Shown here piece after piece: positions 17,561 through 20,179 of a stretch of DNA of 20,179 nucleotides. The position numbers and the translations under genes are program-made. A model generated the notes under the pieces. That model saw only the letters and a list, made by a program, of their open reading frames with translations, was not told where the DNA came from and did no database searches. Every line of letters starts with the position of its first letter. The stretch's first letter is position 1. Source of the stretch: Candidatus Cloacimonadota bacterium. Lineage in GTDB: Bacteria; Cloacimonadota; Cloacimonadia; Cloacimonadales; WRIO01. The stretch lies in contig JAKQQL010000132.1 of the NCBI GenBank assembly GCA_029564175.1, positions 1 to 20,179 on the forward strand. The letters are read 5' to 3'.

Positions 17561-17589
17561 CTAATCATTTATTCTTTTTATTTTGTCAA
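17561..17589 (-). promoter_or_regulatory. Putative promoter of tRNA-Leu (possibly reading into porV)
   Basis: Perfect TTGACA at 17589-17584; the hexamer 17 nt downstream is GATTAG, a non-canonical -10. Confidence 0.4.
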
Positions 17590-17855
17590 GACTTTTTTAA
17601 CAACCTCACTCTTTTTATTACTTTGAATAATATAACACTGCAAAATATAACTGTTTCAGAGTTTTTTTGTGATTGTGCATCTTTGTACTTCTGGACGCTG
17701 ATAACACTGAAAAAATGGATATTTTTTGACACGGATAGCGCTGATTTTGGCGGATTAGATTTATTATGGCTGTTTGTAATGAATGAAGGTTAATAGTAGA
17801 ATGACCTTCCAGGTCCTTGACGATACGGTGAAAAACAGAAAATCAAATTACATAT

Positions 17856-17872
17856 ACGACCAGGATGGTCGT
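17856..17872 (-). terminator. Small hairpin after the downstream pilin-like gene
   Basis: ACGACCA-gga-TGGTCGT: 7 bp stem 10 nt past the stop; no clean U-tract. Confidence 0.35.
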
Positions 17873-17882
17873 TATTCATGAA

Positions 17883-18287
17883 CTATTCTAATTCTTCAAA
17901 AGTGATAGCATCAGTTGATGTCTTTGTCACATCAACTTTCATGAGAATATTTAAAGTATTTTCAGGATTTTGAGCAGAAATTTCAGCGATATTGTCTTTA
18001 TATTCAACAAGAGTATAGGTGGCATTCTGATTAGTATAGACATTGTCTGTGAAACCAAGATAATTGCCTAACTGGTTTTTATCAAAAATATTTCCAAGTC
18101 CTCCACCCATTGAAGTTGGAGTGCGTTTGAAAGCGAGTACCTGACTGGCGAAGAATTGCAATTCATAAACTACCTGTTGTCTAAGAGAATTTTGTGCCGG
18201 AGCGTTCATCATAGTAAGCCCAACCACAATGGCTGAACCAACGATAATAACAGATATAACAATCATTAGAATTTGTTGTGTCCCCAT
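17883..18287 (-). CDS. Pilin/pseudopilin-like protein (MGTQQ type), paralog B
   Basis: MGTQQ, about 22 hydrophobic residues, amphipathic helix, RTPTSMGGG motif; starts 2 nt after the pilC stop; clearly paralogous to 19692-20141. Confidence 0.62.
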   Translation of the reverse strand: MGTQQILMIVISVIIVGSAIVVGLTMMNAPAQNSLRQQVVYELQFFASQVLAFKRTPTSMGGGLGNIFDKNQLGNYLGFTDNVYTNQNATYTLVEYKDNIAEISAQNPENTLNILMKVDVTKTSTDAITFEELE

Positions 18288-18289
18288 TT

Positions 18290-19630
18290 CTACATCCCTG
18301 GTGTCTTGGGGCTGATCATGGCTACTTCAGAAGAAACAATCGTTAAAGCGGTAATTACAATGCCGATAAAAGCACCGATTAGAGATTGAATCGACATAAT
18401 TAGACTCTGCATTTTATAAGTAGTCTCCTGCTCGTAAAATTTGGCAATCTGTTCAGCGGAAGAGACGATATTACCGGTTTCAGAACCAGATCGGAGTCTA
18501 TTCAGAGTTGTTCTGTTAAATACACCTGCTGCCTGAAGGGCAGGTACCAGTGAAGCCCCTTCTTTGAGCATCATAGGAATTGCTACTTCTTTTATACCTT
18601 TTTCCATGTATTTATTTCGACAGGCCTCAGCAGAGGCTCTAAGCGTTTCAATATTGTTTTCCGCACCGGAATAGATGGCTGAAAAGACACGGAAGAAAAT
18701 TTCGATACTGGATTTATGAAGTAAGGGTCCGATCATCGGCAGATTGATAAGCATTTTGTCTCTTGCCACCTGTCCAACATCTGAACGCCAATAAAAGACT
18801 ATAAAAATGGGAGGGATAATGATGATTAAGGTAATCCACCACCAGTGGATCATCATAAAATCACTAAAAGCCAAAGTTGCCTTGGTCATAGGTGGTACAT
18901 CGAGTCCAAAACGCAGGAACATCTTGGCTGTTGTAGGAAATATAGAAATCAGATAATAAAAAACTGCAATAAACATAGCAAAAACAGTAAAGGCAGGACT
19001 CATGATGGCTTGTTTCAATGACTTCCTGTATTCCATATCTCGTTCCATAAATTTGGCGGTTGCCTCATAAACATCAGCCATATTACCAGACTTAGTTGCT
19101 AATCCCAACATATAGGCAGGGAATTTGCCAAAAATGTGCTGATATTGTCGGAAAACTTCTTCTCCTTCGCGTCCTTTTTTGAGTTCGCCCTGAATGTTTT
19201 TTAGCGTTTCTTTTAATACAGGATTGGATTCTTCTTCAGCCAGCATTTCCAGAATCTTATCATAGGTCATTTTTTCTTTGAGCATAAAAGCAGAGAGGTT
19301 AATAAACATCATAATGCTTTCAAAAGGCGGTTTCATTTTAAAGTCGAGTAAGACAGGCTCTACTTTGACTTTCTGATAGCCTAATTTAACCAAAGCAAGC
19401 CTGATTTCTTCTGCAGAAAAGGCACTCTTTTTCCCTTTCACCTTTTTCTTGTTCGGCATGGTGATATAGTAAAAAAAGTCTCTTTTTTCCAGAATCGATT
19501 TGATCGTCAGATTGTTTTTTGATGCAATCTGATTGATTCTAGACTTGGCTTCTGCCTTATTTTTGGCTTGAATCAGTCCATTAATCTGCTTGCCGGAGAT
19601 ATGGGTGGCATTATATTTGTATTCTTTGAT
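18290..19630 (-). CDS. pilC: Type II secretion / type IV pilus inner-membrane platform protein (GspF/PilC family)
   Basis: Two T2SSF-like domains (LKETLKNIQGELKKG...FP...ATKSGNM and LINLPMIGPL...GSETGNI), PPMTK motif, three TM helices. The frame is open for 57 codons upstream of the called ATG (19459) to ATC at 19630, behind GAGGTG, and this extension encodes a typical PilC N-terminus (KEYKYNATHISGKQINGLIQA). Confidence 0.88.
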   Translation of the reverse strand: MKEYKYNATHISGKQINGLIQAKNKAEAKSRINQIASKNNLTIKSILEKRDFFYYITMPNKKKVKGKKSAFSAEEIRLALVKLGYQKVKVEPVLLDFKMKPPFESIMMFINLSAFMLKEKMTYDKILEMLAEEESNPVLKETLKNIQGELKKGREGEEVFRQYQHIFGKFPAYMLGLATKSGNMADVYEATAKFMERDMEYRKSLKQAIMSPAFTVFAMFIAVFYYLISIFPTTAKMFLRFGLDVPPMTKATLAFSDFMMIHWWWITLIIIIPPIFIVFYWRSDVGQVARDKMLINLPMIGPLLHKSSIEIFFRVFSAIYSGAENNIETLRASAEACRNKYMEKGIKEVAIPMMLKEGASLVPALQAAGVFNRTTLNRLRSGSETGNIVSSAEQIAKFYEQETTYKMQSLIMSIQSLIGAFIGIVITALTIVSSEVAMISPKTPGM

Positions 19631-19642
19631 AATTCACCTCTT

Positions 19643-19669
19643 AAAAAAAGGGGAAGTAATCTTCCCCTT
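19643..19669 (-). terminator. Rho-independent terminator between pilin-like gene A and pilC
   Basis: - strand GGGGAAG-atta-CTTCCCC then T7, ending 2 nt before the pilC RBS. Confidence 0.8.
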
Positions 19670-19691
19670 ATATACTCAAGTAAAGAATAGA

Positions 19692-20141
19692 TTATTTTGT
19701 TACTGTTGTTGTTATTACATCTTTAGCTTCTTTTGTAGGATCAACATCAATAGTAACAGTCATATCAGTTTTTCCGTCAAGACTTTTACCTTGAATCTTA
19801 ATATTTCCTGATACAACTCCATTAGCAATATCCCAGCTAGATGAGCTTAAAATTTCATAAGTAGCATTACCATTCGTTAATTTCGTATTCGATTCTTCAG
19901 TAAACCCCATATATTTTGCTAAACCCTCTAAATCTGGTTCATCAAGCCCTTTGCCTCCACCCATTGAAGCAGGAGTTCTCATATAAGCTAATACCTGACC
20001 TGCAAAATTTTGGAGATCAGCACCAATTGCTGTTTTTTGTGCATTTGTTGCCTGTACATCAAACATCTGAATACCAACCGCTACCGCTGCACCTACAACG
20101 ATAACTGATAATACGATCATAAGGATTTGTTGAGTTCCCAT
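19692..20141 (-). CDS. Pilin/pseudopilin-like protein (MGTQQ type), paralog A, candidate major subunit
   Basis: MGTQQILMIVLSVIVVGAAVAVGIQMF, RTPASMGGG motif, beta-rich C-terminal half; strong AGGAGG RBS; own terminator; directly upstream of pilC. Confidence 0.66.
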   Translation of the reverse strand: MGTQQILMIVLSVIVVGAAVAVGIQMFDVQATNAQKTAIGADLQNFAGQVLAYMRTPASMGGGKGLDEPDLEGLAKYMGFTEESNTKLTNGNATYEILSSSSWDIANGVVSGNIKIQGKSLDGKTDMTVTIDVDPTKEAKDVITTTVTK

Positions 20142-20179
20142 TGGACCCTCCTATCTTTTTATTATTCTTAGGAAGTTAT

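Noticed and set aside
17485..17793. 102 aa + strand ORF
   Set aside because: Begins antisense within the tRNA and runs through its promoter; low-complexity F/L/T-rich translation; no RBS.
18095..19975. Shared 16 bp CCTCCACCCATTGAAG near 18100 and 19954 as a recombination or repeat site
   Set aside because: Explained by the conserved SMGG coding motif of the two paralogous pilin-like genes.
19590..20104. + strand ORFs 19590-19811 and 19916-20104
   Set aside because: Antisense to the pilin-like gene and the extended pilC N-terminus.

Overview
AT-rich bacterial chromosomal window with no mobile element, CRISPR array or rRNA. Left to right: a DUF4403-like lipoprotein (+) converging on serC (-) at a bidirectional terminator; about 930 bp without a credible gene; a tight seven-gene + strand operon (SdpR-like ArsR repressor, SdpI, membrane-anchored isochorismatase-family hydrolase, SAM methyltransferase, SPL-like radical SAM, GNAT, BASS-family transporter); and a converging MarR-MATE pair. 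The remaining half is a - strand envelope/secretion block, in transcription order: pilin-like protein, PilC/GspF, second pilin-like protein, tRNA-Leu(CAA), PorV-family barrel, M6-type metalloprotease with a T9SS-type C-terminal domain, and three DUF5683-like paralogs. T9SS-type parts together with strong Shine-Dalgarno sites suggest a non-Bacteroidota FCB-group host such as Cloacimonadota (inference only). Main leads: (1) the PorV + CTD protease + three paralogs that all end in a beta-signal-like YxF; (2) leaderless MG-TQQ pilin-like proteins flanking a pilC whose likely start is ATC/ATT, 57-58 codons upstream of the called ATG, with a duplicated N-terminal domain; (3) a roughly 95 nt branched RNA structure ending in U8 between porV and the protease. 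All family calls come from motif recognition by eye; no database search was run.
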